Shown here piece after piece: positions 12,099 through 23,949 of a stretch of 31,657 bases of DNA. A model generated the notes under the pieces. That model did no database searches, was not told where the DNA came from, and saw only the letters and a program-made list of their open reading frames with translations. The position numbers were made by a program, and so were the translations under genes. The stretch spans positions 1 to 31,657 of the forward strand of contig JAQGDQ010001632.1 in the NCBI GenBank assembly GCA_030141605.1, written 5' to 3'. Source of the DNA: Tubiluchus corallicola. Its lineage: Eukaryota > Animalia > Priapulida. The first letter of the stretch is position 1. Every line of letters begins with the position of its first letter.

Positions 12099-13160
12099 TC
12101 ACACGCGGCTGGACAGAATCCTGGAGCACAGAGCCCCTAGGGAGCAGCGTAATTCACCAGGTGTCACACGCGGTTGGACAGAATCCTGGAGCACAGAGCC
12201 CCTAGGGAGGAGTGTAATTCACCAGGTGTCATGCACGACTGGACAGAATCCTGCAGCACAGAGCCCCTAGGGAGCAGCGTAATTCACCAGGTGTCACACA
12301 CGGCTGGACAGAATCCTGGAGCACAGAGCCCCTAGGGAGCAGTGTAATTCACCAGGTGTCACACGCGGCTGGACAGAATCCTGGAGCACAGAGCCCCTAG
12401 GGAGGAGTGTAATTCACCAGGTGTCACACACGGCTGGACAGAATCCTGGAGCACAGAGCCCCTAGGGAGCAGTGTAATTCACCAGGTGTCACACACGGCT
12501 GGACAGAATCCTGGAGCACAGAGCCCCTAGAGAGGAGTGTAATTCACCAGGTGTCACACACGGCTGGACAGAATCCTGGAGCACAGAGCCCCTAGAGAGG
12601 AGTGTAATTCACCAGGTGTCACACACGGCTGGACAGAATCCTGGAGCACAGAGCCCCTAGGGAGCAGTGTAATTCACCAGGTGTCACACGCGGCTGGACA
12701 GAATCCTGGAGCACAGAGCCCCTAGGGAGGAGTGTAATTCACCAGGTGTCACACGCGGCTGGACAGAATCCTGGAGCACAGAGCCCCTAGGGAGGAGTGT
12801 AATTCACCAGGTGTCACACACGGCTGGACAGAATCCTGGAGCACAGAGCCCCTAGGGAGGAGTGTAATTCACCAGGTGTCACACACGGCTGGACAGAATC
12901 CTGGAGCACAGAGCCCCTAGGGAGCAGCGTAATTCACCAGGTGTCACACACGGCTGGACAGAATCCTGGAGCACAGAGCCCCTAGGGAGGAGTGTAATTC
13001 ACCAGGTGTTACACACGGCTGGACAGAATCCTGGAGCACAGAGCCCCTAGGGAGCAGTGTAATTCACCAGGTGTCACACACGGCTGGACAGAATCCTGGA
13101 GCACAGAGCCCCTAGGGAACAGTGTAATTCACCAGGTGTCACACACGGCTGGACAGAATC
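12099..13160. repeat. 65-bp minisatellite, about 16 copies (intronic)
   Basis: Unit acacacggctggacagaatcctggagcacagagcccctagggagcagtgtaattcaccaggtgtc; no spacers. Confidence 0.97.
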
Positions 13161-14461
13161 TACAAGGTGTTTGTGGAAAAAATGCTGCCGCCTGAAAAAT
13201 CATTGCTTGATAACCAACGGTCCGTATTGGATTAGGATCATTTTTAGGACTCAAGCTCCCGACTTGGACACAGACTCGATGGTCTATAGGCTATGGCTCA
13301 AAAGTTTGAGGGGTCACATTTTAGAAAAAGATATTATACTCCTCGGAAAATGTTTTACCTTCATATCCATGTAAAGGGCGCGTTTGTGACACATCACAGG
13401 TAGTTAATGAGTGCAGCTTTTATATAAGTGCCACATAACGAATAGGTGCAAGGTATTGGTGTGCAGCTTGCTTGAGTATAAGCGCTATGCAAATATATGC
13501 AATTGATAATAACCACTGGTTTGAAGAAACCAAAAAACTTGAAATTTCATTCTGAAATGCCTACACAATCGGTGAAGTAGCGTCATGTTGAAAAGCAGAA
13601 AACCAAGAGACCAAAATAGCAGGTGAAATAAACTAGGTGTGAAAACAGGTTTAGAGATTGTGCATTCATAAAGACGGTAGAAGCCAATGAAAATTTAAAC
13701 AGTAAAGAGAAAGATTTAACAATTTTAACAAGAACACCTGAAGGTGGCAGCACTATGCAAGATTTAAAAGACCACGATGAAAATACAATATAAATTTAAA
13801 TTTGGAGGAATTAAAATGATTTTCGTCTGCCCAGAATGTATGCTACTTCCTGCCAAATGAAGCAGCAAAAGCATACGTATTTTTTAAAAGAACATGTACT
13901 ATTTTAGTCAATAATATAATATTGTCGTGTTGTGTTACCAACATTTGCACTTGCTACCCGAGTGTTACGGGCAAATTACCCATATAGTTTCTTTTTTTAT
14001 TCTCCCACTTGAGGGAGCCACAAACTTAATTGGACAGGTGAGCAATTGCTGGTAGATTGGGGACTCAACTGGTTTTGTTGCAGAGACAGACTTGTATTTG
14101 GTGGAAAAATCAAATTTTTATATGAGAAATTTCACGTCATGCTGCACGAATAGTGTGTTCTATATGTGTAACTGAATGAAGTAAGCAATTTAAGTTGTAA
14201 ATCTAAATTTGTTAATTTGACCGCAAATTTTTTTGAAATTTTTGTTCAAATTTCTGCAATTTTGTTCAAATTACATCACTGCAAATTTCATGTATTTTTT
14301 GGTCTTTAGAAAATAAAGACCATAGTAAATACCTTATGCAGGGAACCTTTGTGTTTGCTGTGTTTACACTGTCCATTATACAATTTTGACCCCATTTACC
14401 TAGTTATATGAAGTCACTCTCTGAACTAACCAATCCGGTCCGATACTTAGTAAACACTTAC

Positions 14462-14633
14462 CCACATCTGTAACCTCTTGGAAAACAATATCTCGTGTGC
14501 GCCGTCTGGCCTAACGGAGTGCCACAGGGAGAACATCTTGCGTTACCTCTGCTAGTCCATGCACCCCAATGCGGTCTCATAGTGGTAGTTGTCATAGTGG
14601 TCGTTGAAATAGTCGTCGTCGTCTGTGTCTCTT
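14462..14633 (-). CDS. Coding exon 4: Thr-rich linker and N-terminal part of a thrombospondin type-1 repeat (ETQTTTTISTTTMTTTTMRPHWGAWTSRGNARCSPCGTPLGQTAHTRYCFPRGYRCG)
   Basis: 172-nt phase 1-2 exon with acceptor ccttttgcag| and donor GG|gtaagt. WxxW, CSxCG and RxC motifs of TSP1; in frame with exon 3. Confidence 0.85.
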
Positions 14634-14847
14634 CTGCAAAAGGAATTCGAGCATAAAGTAAGTTGCCAGTAATGTTTCAAGAAATGCCAGTGTACTTACT
14701 TCTTAGTAGAAGATTGTTTAGCTTTTTGTTTCTCGGTGTTGAGTATACCGAGAAATTTGGGAGTCAAAACGTCAAATGTAGATACAGCTAGAGTTGTTAC
14801 CTGAAGAACAGAACCAAGAAAAAGCCTGCGTAAAAGTACGACTTGAT

Positions 14848-15135
14848 GTGCGCGTAATGCGTAATGCGTATATAACTGTTTATATTTAAACACGCGTAAG
14901 TGTTTCCATGTCTACTTAATGCGTAATCCGTGATGCGTGATACGTATACGTAATGCGTAATCCGTGATGCGTGATACGTATACGTAATGCGTAATCCGTG
15001 ATGCGTGATACGTATACGTATACGTAATGCGTAATCCGTGATGCGTGATACGTATTTTCTCGGTCTGAATATGCATCACGCATTTTACGCATTGCGGATC
15101 ACGCATTACGCATTATGCATCACGCATTTGCGTAT
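14848..15135. repeat. TGCGTAA/TGCGTGA heptamer-based repeats followed by their reverse complements; possible transposon remnant
   Basis: About four ~34-bp units at 14917-15054, then TTACGCA/TCACGCA at 15074-15130. No convincing TIR or TSD. Confidence 0.65.
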
Positions 15136-15560
15136 ATGGAATCATAGCTTTAGCTATGCTCGCGTTCACGTCTAAGTACCTCCACAGTTTGCAGTACTTT
15201 GCCTGTACAACCTGTAGCATGGGTTACATGGTTTCATAACCAGTTATAGAAATAGTTTGTCTTGTCCAAGAACTGTCCTTATTATATTAATAACAAAACA
15301 GAAATTGAAAAGAATGACATCGCATACATGCACATATGATTACATTTATATTCTATTAAAGTCGAAGAAGAAAAAGTTCTGTCTAGGAGACAATCTAGGA
15401 TGCAATAGTGTCCGTAAAATGCCTGAATTTAGGAATAAATTAAAACTGACACTGATTGCGTAGACCCTATCAGCAAGACAGTGAAGGGTTAACCCCAAAT
15501 CTAACCAAACCAGTTGAAAATGAAATTTGCAATCTTTCAACAGCTTTAAGTAACGCGCTC

Positions 15561-16940
15561 AACAGGCTCAGTAGTTGCACCAGTGCACAGAGAAAGGCGG
15601 ATTTGTAAAGATGGAGTAAGTAACAGGTTCAGTAGTTGCACCAGTGCACAGAGAAAGGCGAATTTGTAAAGATGGAGTAAGTAACAGGTTCAGTAGTTGC
15701 ACCAGTGCACAGAGATAGGTTGATTTGTAAAGATGGAGTAAGTAACAGGCTCAGTAGTCGCACCAGTGCACAGAGAAAGGCAGATTTGTAAAGATGGAGT
15801 AAGTAACAGGTTCAGTAGTTGCACCAGTGCACAGAGAAAGGCAGATTTGTAAAGATGGAGTAAGTAACAGGTTCAGTAGTTGCACCAGTGCACAGAGAAA
15901 GGCGGATTTGTAAAGATGGAGTAAGTAACAGGCTCAGTAGTTGCACCAGTGCACAGAGAAAGGCGAATTTGTAAAGATGGAGTAAGTAACAGGTTCAGTA
16001 GTTGCACCAGTGCACAGAGAAAGGTGGATTGGTAAAGATGGGGTAAGTAACAGGCTCAGTAGTTGCATCAGTGCACAGAGATAGGTTGATTTGTAAAGAT
16101 GGAGTAAGTAACAGGCTCAGTAGTCGCACCAGTGCACAGAGAAAGGTGGATTAGTAAAGATAGAGTAAGTAACAGTTTCAGTAGTTGCACCAATTCACAG
16201 AGAAAGTGGATTTGTAAAGATGGAGTAAGTAACAGGCTCAGTAGTTGCACCAGTGCACAGAGAAAGGCAGATTTGTAAAGATAGAGTAAGTAACAGGCTA
16301 AGTAGTTGCATCAGTGCACAGAGAAAGGTGGATTTGTAAAGATGGAGTAAGTAACAGGCTCAGTAGTTGCACCAGTGTACAGAGAAAGATGGATTGGTAA
16401 AGATAGAGTAAGTAACAGGCTAAGTATTTGCATCAGTGTACAGAGAAAGATGGATTGGTAAAGATAGAGTAAGTAACAGGCTAAGTAGTTGCATCAGTGT
16501 ACAGAGAAAGATGGATTGGTAAAGATAGAGTAAGTAACAGGCTAAGTAGTTGCATCAGTGTACAGAGAAAGATGGATTGGTAAAGACAGAGTAAGTAACA
16601 GGCTCAGTAGTTGCATAAGTGCACAGAGAAAGGTTGATTGGTAAAGATAGAGTAAGCAACAGGCTCAGTAGTTGCATCAGTGCACAGAGAAAGATGGATT
16701 GGTAAAGATAGAGTAAGCAACAGGCTCAGTAGTTGCATCAGTGCACAGAGAAAGATGGATTGGTAAAGATAGAGTAAGCAACAGGCTCAGTAGTTGCATC
16801 AGTGCACAGAGAAAGATGGATTGGTAAAGATAGAGTAAGTAACAGTCTCAGTAGTTGCATCAGTGCACAGAGAAAGATGGATTTGTAAAGATAGAGTAAG
16901 CAACAGTCTCGGTAGTTGCACCAGTGGGCAGAGAAAGATG
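15561..16940 (+). repeat. 61-bp minisatellite, about 22 copies (intronic)
   Basis: Unit aacaggctcagtagttgcaccagtgcacagagaaaggyggatttgtaaagatrgagtaagt. Confidence 0.97.
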
Positions 16941-17179
16941 CAAACTATTGCATAAATAAATTGATATTTTCATAATGTCATCCCACTTTTGATCTGTTCA
17001 TTTCCAGTTCTGAAAGATAAATCTCATATCCATTCACTCACTTACTGAGAAAACAGTCAGCAAGCAACTATAAAACACAGCTTAGAAACACAGTGTTGAA
17101 GCGCACCAAAAAACCAAACCGAGGTATTCTGATGACCTCGTGACTAATCTAATTAAGAGCATCAAATGTCTTGCAACAG

Positions 17180-18345
17180 TACCACGTAGTGTATCAAATG
17201 AAAAGTGTCGATCAGGCGAGTCGAATAGCATAGGTTACAATGAGAATGATTAACATACAACCCCTTTAGAGACAAAATAGGGCTAGTGGAAAGAAATGCC
17301 TTCCAGTATCGACCAAAATTAGCTTGTAATACATCAAATAAAAGGTCTCGATGAGGCAAATTGAATGATAATGATTACACAGAGATTAGTTGATCTTTGA
17401 CCCCGTAGGCGGAAAATAACTAAAAATGTGAGTCGGGAACAGAATTGCACCAAGTGTTGAACAATGGTACGTGGTACCACATCAAACGAAAGGTCTCGAT
17501 GAGGCGGATCGAATGGCGTAGGTTACGATAAGAATAGCCAACCCCATGACTACACTAGGAAGCAAAATAGGAGTCGAGGCTGTAGCGGATAGCCCTATAG
17601 GCTGAATAGGCTGAAGCCTAAGGCCCGGGATCAAAAGGAGCCCGGCAAAATAAAACGAAAAAAAAATTTTTGTAAAAAAAATAAATTGACAAAAGAGCAA
17701 GGGGCCCGGCAAAATAAAATATAGAAAAAAGTTTTTTTTCAAAAGTCAGTCACTATATTTTAAATCGGGTTTACACAAATCAAGTTTACACAATTTAAGT
17801 TTACACAATTTAAGTTTACACAATTTAAGTTTACACAATTCACGTTTACACAGTTTAAGTTTAAGTTCAAATTTTCAGTTTCCGAATTTTTCTGGGGGCA
17901 AAGTCAGTTATAATTTCTGAAAAGTTCATTTTTTCAACATATCTGACTCAATATGCATCAGTGATAAATTGTTTAATTTGTCATCCTTTAGAGATGACCG
18001 TAAATAAGTTTTTAGCCTTTTCAGAGCAGAGAATGATCGTTCCCCGCTGCAGTTTGAAACCATCATACACAAGTACATTCTAACACATATGTAAACAAAA
18101 ACTCACAAAATTAAACAAACGACGAGAGCCCCACAAAAACACGTCAGCTCAGCAGTGTAGCAACATTTAAAAGGCCCGTTCCAAGCTCAAGCCTAAGGCC
18201 CATAAAATCATAATCCGCCGCTGAGTCGAGGCAAGAAATGCCTTCCATTTCGACCGAAACTAGCTTGTTGTATACCAAATGAAAGGTCTCTATGAGAGAA
18301 ACCAAATGATGTAAGTTCATACCAAGATTGGTTTCCCTTTGACCA
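17180..18345 (+). repeat. Older repeat with ~290-bp internal units and a recurring (A/C)TCAAAYGAAAGGTCTCGATGAG-like motif; host of the hAT insertion
   Basis: Motif variants at ~17193, 17333, 17481 and 18275; 17180-17400 aligns with 17470-17579 joined to 18232-18345. Confidence 0.6.
17580..18223 (-). mobile_element. Internally deleted hAT transposon (644 bp) with transposase C-terminal remnant at 17867-18093
   Basis: Perfect 8-bp TSD AGTCGAGG; ends CTGTAGCGGAT / ATCCGCCGCTG. Peptide VSNCSGERSFSALKRLKTYLRSSL..KLNNLSLMHIESD..II.DFA.RK.RK is the hAT dimerisation domain, with one frameshift. Confidence 0.9.
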
Positions 18346-18629
18346 ATGGGTGACGCGCTGAAATGTTAAATGTTTCATTGATAAATGCACTTTCCCTGTA
18401 TTCAGGAAAAGCTGTCATCTCAAACAAACAAAGGCTGTCATCACTTCATATTTAAGGTTCAATTTTAAAAATATTGTTTACAAAATCTTCAGTTTCTGAG
18501 CACGCCAGAAACATTGTCAACTAGTTACAATTATTTCTTAGTAACTCTCGAAAATATTTCGCCGTAGGAGGGCGCAATGCCTATTGTGTTTTTGTAAGGA
18601 TAATGCAATTTACTTTGAGCACAGATACA

Positions 18630-18738
18630 CAGGCCCTATTTCAAGGGGGGGACACTTCCCCGGGGCCTCACCCTCCATTGGGACTTCACGCCGAAGTAAC
18701 TTTTTTTGCTTTATGCGAACATACTGCCTCCTCTCTCC

Positions 18739-18819
<81 letters not shown>

Positions 18820-18833
18820 CCTCTCTCTCTCTA

Positions 18834-18883
<50 letters not shown>

Positions 18884-18930
18884 CTCTCTGTCTCTCTCTC
18901 TGTTTCTCTCTCCTCTCTCTCTCTCTCCCC

Positions 18931-18964
<34 letters not shown>

Positions 18965-18966
18965 GC

Positions 18967-19048
<82 letters not shown>

Positions 19049-19291
19049 CTCTCTCTCTCTCTCCTCTCGACAAGTGTTGAGGACTGGTCTTGAGAACAAA
19101 GCAGTTTTTCTTTCAATTGTTCTTTCCTTTAACAACTGTATAATTCCATATTTTCTCCTCGAAACTGCTTCTCCTGCGTTCTAGCAGTTCAAAAATTTTC
19201 TGGGTGGCGCCTGCTCCCCGGCGCTTCGCCCCCTCTCCCCCAAGGGGACCTCACACACCCCACTTCCCCGCTTAGGCTGAAATAGGCCCTG
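18630..19291. mobile_element. hAT-type MITE carrying a (CT)n tract (~18730-19067); only one end is copied, at 28537-28779
   Basis: TIRs CAGGCCCTATTTCA / TGAAATAGGCCCTG (13 of 14 match), 8-bp TSD CAGATACA / CTGATACA. Confidence 0.82.
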
Positions 19292-19333
19292 CTGATACAT
19301 GGAAGGTAAAGAAGTTAATGCAATTCGACTTAC

Positions 19334-19465
19334 CGCAGCGGAATTCATCTGAGCCATCGCTACAGTCAGGTATGAAATTGCAGCGATTACTCATGTCTAA
19401 ACACTCGTATGCTCCGTTCTTTTTTGAGCTACATTCAAATTGGTAAGGCGGACAAAATTTATTAC
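19334..19465 (-). CDS. Coding exon 3: LDL-receptor class A module (NKFCPPYQFECSSKKNGAYECLDMSNRCNFIPDCSDGSDEFRC)
   Basis: 132-nt phase 1-1 exon with acceptor catttacag| and donor G|gtaagt. Six Cys and the acidic DCSDGSDE motif. Lies inside ORF 19272..19496(-). Confidence 0.92.
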
Positions 19466-19567
19466 CTGTAAATGCAAGATTCATTATTGCAAGCATTGCA
19501 ACTATACGACGCTAATTTAAAAATGTCTTAATAATAATCTTGAACGAGAGTTCAAGTGTTCGGTATG

Positions 19568-20286
19568 TGTTAGGTTATGTTAGGTTAGTGTTGCTAATGT
19601 TAGGTTAGGTTAGTGTTGCTAATGTCAGGTTAGATTAGGCTAATGTTAGGTTAGTGTTGCTAATGTTAGGTTAGGTTAGGCTAATGTTAGGTTAGTGTTG
19701 CTAATGTTAGGTTAGGTTAGGCTAATGTTAGGTTAGTGTTGCTAATGTCAGGTTAGATTAGGTTAATGTTAGGTTAGTGTTGCTAATGTAAGGTTAGTGT
19801 TGCTAATGTTAGGTTAATGTTGCTAATATCAGGTTAGATTAGGCTAATGTTAGGTTAGTGTTGCTGATGTTAGGTTAGGTTAGGCTAATGTTAGGTTAGT
19901 GCTGCTAATGTCAGGTTAGATTAGGCTAATGTTAGGTTAGTGTTGCTAATGTTAGGTTAGGTTAGGCTAATGTTAGGTTAGTTTTGCTAATGTTAGGTTA
20001 GGTTAGGCTAATGTTAGGTTAGTGTTGCTAATGTCAGGTTAGATTAGGTTAATGTTAGGTTAGTGTTGCTAATGTAAGGTTAGTGTTGCTAATGTTAGGT
20101 GAATGTTGCTAATATCAGGTTAGGTTAGGCTAATGTTAGGTTAGTGCTGCTAATGTTAGGTTAGTGTTGCTAATGTTAGGTTAGGTTAGGCCAATGTTAG
20201 GTTAGGTTAGGCTAATGTTAGGTTAGATTAGGCTAATGTTAAGTTAGGTTAGGCTAATGTTAGGTTAGTGTTGCTAATGTTAGGTT
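19568..20286. repeat. GTTAG/TTAGG-rich irregular minisatellite
   Basis: Alternating blocks gttaggttagtgttgctaat and gttaggttaggttaggctaat. Confidence 0.93.
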
Positions 20287-20294
20287 GGCGTTGC

Positions 20295-20463
<169 letters not shown>

Positions 20464-20964
20464 ATCAATGTATGTATGTATATTTTGCTTTGTTTATTAC
20501 AAACAAAGTAATGTACAAACCCGAAATGTGTGTAATCATTTAAATGATTTTTTTCTGAAACATCACAGATCTAGTATTAATGGCTTTCTAGTAAATAGCC
20601 CGACAGGGAAGGTATGTTAGGCAGGCCTTGTAAAAATACAATTTTGCAAAGTTACAAAATTATAATTAGGTGTATATGAGGGTTTATAATAATGTGCACG
20701 TTGTAACTTCAAAACGAACATGTATTGCAGCTGTTCTGCGTTTTTTAAATGAATAACAATTATGCTCAATGTTTTTATAAATCTTGTTGCGCAAGCATCA
20801 GGATTTGAACCAGCTGCTATGAAACTTACGTACTCTATTTTCTAAGTTAGAGATACATGAAAATGGCAAATCTGATTTCTCATTCTTGCAGCTCTAAATT
20901 AATCAGTACAACTTTAAAAGGATGGTTGAATCAATAAACAGATCTAGCTGACAAAACTTCACTG

Positions 20965-21227
20965 GAATTCACGGACGAAATTCATGTGAAGTCACAGACA
21001 AAACACAAATAACTACAGACGAATTCACGGACGAAATTCATGTGAAGTCACAGACAAAACACATATAAATACAGGCGAATTCACGGACGAAATTCATGTG
21101 AAGTCACAGACAAAACACAAATAAATACAGGCGAATTCATAGAAATGATGGATAAAATACAGATGAATACAGGAGAATTTATGAACGAAATGCATATGGA
21201 TTCATGGACGAAATTCACATGAAGTCA
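20965..21227. repeat. 56-bp tandem repeat, three copies plus degenerate copies
   Basis: GAATTC-led units at 20965, 21021, 21077 and 21133. Confidence 0.9.
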
Positions 21228-21250
21228 TGCATAGAAAGTTTGATGCTTAC

Positions 21251-21442
21251 CAACATCGCCTAGCGGATATTCACAGACTTGCTTGCACTGTTCCAAGTTT
21301 GCAAACACGTTGCGACTGTTACGATACGAACCTACCCCTCGTAAGAACTCTAGACACTTCTTTTCCTCTGTATTGTAGTAATACTTCTTACTCGATGGAC
21401 CGAATCCGGGATCCAGAACATCAAAGCAGGGAGCGGTTGAAG
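21251..21442 (-). CDS. Coding exon 2: Kunitz/BPTI-like domain (STAPCFDVLDPGFGPSSKKYYYNTEEKKCLEFLRGVGSYRNSRNVFANLEQCKQVCEYPLGDV)
   Basis: 192-nt stop-free phase 1-1 exon with acceptor tgtgttttag| and donor G|gtaagc. Kunitz signature C..DPG..YYYN..C.EF..G..N.F...E.C..VC. Confidence 0.88.
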
Positions 21443-22725
21443 CTAAAACACATACACATATGCAAATCTACAGTTTTCTTTGCCTTCGTTTGTTCTTGTT
21501 TTACTTCTGTGCTGTGTATATTCTATGCTTCATCAATTGTTCTTATAGTATCATTAAAAGTGTTATTAATAGGGTCAGATACAAAAGCATTCTCATTAGC
21601 TGCGGGACTTCGCCTTGATGGCGTCAAATTAAAATGGCGGAGTTGTCGAATACATGCCATGGTTGAATACTGTACGGCACCAAGCGCATGCGCTAAATGA
21701 TTTCGAAATTACAGTTGATTTTAACACTTTTCTGTAAATTAAACAGAAACGGTTGATTAATGTGGGCCTCCGTAAGTGTATTCATGTCTGGTGACTTTTC
21801 CCTTCCTCAAACATTAGCTAATTGTAATTGTATCTTAAAGTAAAAAATGATATCAGCTAAAGCAAAATACTCCTATCTAAAAAGGCTAAATCACACTTTT
21901 ACATATACAATCTCATAATAGTTATAAAATAATACATATTCCAGAGTGTAATTTAAACACGTATCTTCACATAGACACAAATCCATCGCACGGTACGATT
22001 AAACATTCGAACGTTAATTTATGTTTGTATGTAAAACAATAGGCCATATGTGGTGTATATGCATATATCGCTTCAAATAAACGCCACAAATATAAAAAGT
22101 TACACATACTAAACAAGCTAAGTATTACAAAACTTTTAAATACTACAGTATTGCACTGAAATGTTGATCAACATCAGAACAAACATGACTTTACGTTTAA
22201 AGGAAGACCAGACGATTGTTTAGACTCAATCTTATTTTAATTTACTGTCCTGTCCAATAAAAGTTAACAAAAATGTTCCTTGAATGATTAACTTAAAAAG
22301 TTAATTAACGGCAACCGAACACAGCTATTGCTTACGTCAGAAACTAACCACAGTCTGTGCAATGGCAGGTGTCTTCCCTTGCACGTCAAGCACCTTTGCA
22401 TAAGTGTTACAGTACTGTTTAAATGCATAATATCACGAAAAATGGGCTTCACATCATATGACGTCAGAAACTAACTCTGCGGTTCATGATCATGGTTATC
22501 ACGGTACCACATTTGTCGGCCACGCAAATGTGACAAAAAGGCACTGCTGCCAATCTTAGTAGATTCACTGAATCGCGTGTAACTTTGAAAGTTTAACAAA
22601 ATTTGAGTATCCGAGGTAATTATTATTTAACCTACACTTTGATTTAAAAAAAGCCATTGTAGTTTTCAATATTTTAGAGTATTTTTTATTCTGAACTCGT
22701 GTTTACACAATCATCCGGTTTTCCT

Positions 22726-22974
22726 TTAATGAATTTGGGGGTAAATAAAATTAAAACTAGAGCTGATATTATCATTTTGATGGGTTGGATATTCCAATCT
22801 TTCCATTGCGTGTTTTCTAATTAACGTTTTGAATTTTGCTAGTGATTCACTTCTTTCAATTTCAACCGGTAATGAGTTCCACAGATTTACTGCTTGCTTA
22901 GTGAATGAGTTATGGGCATAAGGGATGTTAGCCAAACCACAAGAGTTGTTATTCATGTAAATGTACGCTTGCAT
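22726..22974 (-). mobile_element. CR1/L2-group LINE ORF2 C-terminal remnant
   Basis: NSFTKQAVNLWNSLPVEIERSESLAKFKTLIRKH fits SF..A..LWN.LP..I..S..FK. Confidence 0.7.
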
Positions 22975-23949
22975 TTTGGAATGAATAAATAATCTAATCT
23001 AATAATATAATTTAAATTTGCAGAGAAGCCGTGCGGTTCATGGTTAGTGTACTGGAAATCTGGCTTTGGCCACCTTGTGGTGATTTTTTGGCCTGGTCAC
23101 GTGATCAGTTTGATCTGTGTCAGACGCCTACTGTGAAGTGAGGACGTGTCATGGTGGGTTGATTAAATGTTGTCCTTATCTGTTGCAATTGCTTATAATT
23201 TGTGGCTAAAAACGTACGTATATACTCTAATTACTTTATAAAATTTAAATTTACTATTAGATAACAGCTATTTATTGATTAATGCGACGGTGCAGTATGA
23301 AACTCTGAATTATGTAAAATTGACTGTTGGCTAGTGTTATTTATTTTTTGTCATTTGTTTATGGTTTTGTTTAGATGGAATGATATGTTTTGGTAAATAA
23401 AGAGGGAAGAAAGAGCAGAATTAATCTAGCTTCAAATTTGGTTTTGAAAGCCCAACCAGTTAGTCTAAATACCTGATTGGTAATTTCGTTCACTCTTCTA
23501 GCTTTACATTGAAAATTTTGACATTTTTTTAAAAATTGTGTGAGTCTTTTCATTTTATAGAGAAGGAAGTACTGCCAGAGACCCTTGTGGTCAGATTTAC
23601 AAACTTGCTATTACGCTAGGGCCCGCAAGTTTAGTTTAGTTCAGTTTATTCACATCTATCAGCACCAATAAAGATGTTCACAAAAAGTTCAAGTACAACT
23701 ACTAGCATACTACATAATTAACAATTATTAAGATGAGCAGAAGGACAAACACACAGCAAAGCTACATGTGTCTATCTAATTTAAAGTACAAGAAAATCCT
23801 CCACTTACATAAAGCTTAACAAATTCGTCTTAGAATTTTACGCCACTTATATACTGGCTTTTTGCATACAGGACTTGCGCCAGCAGTAAAGTTGTATAAA
23901 ACTTGTAAATACCGTTTCGACCATAAGCAATTTGAAAAAAGTTTAGATA

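Larger units (their letters stand above)
16444..18872 (+). repeat. Left arm of inverted duplication 2, inside the LDLa-TSP1 intron; both ends fall in repeats and are approximate
   Basis: Reverse complement of ~28537-30965; four mirrored ORF pairs sum to 47409. Confidence 0.95.

Noticed and set aside
12099-13160. CRISPR-like regular arrays (65, 61, 69 and 56 bp)
   Set aside because: Units are head-to-tail with no unique spacers, no cas genes, and the context is eukaryotic introns.
13950-13980. CCCG..CGGG hairpin resembling a Helentron/DINE end
   Set aside because: No matching other end or second copy in the window.
16950-17009. Strong minus-strand acceptor tttatctttcag in the LDLa-TSP1 intron
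   Set aside because: The phase-1 frame stops after about 10 codons; an alternative terminal exon cannot be supported without RNA data.
21227-21700. 157-aa plus-strand ORF
   Set aside because: Antisense shadow of the Kunitz exon; no recognisable domain.
23022-23200. tRNA or tRNA-derived SINE head
   Set aside because: Only an A-box-like stretch; no B box or cloverleaf.
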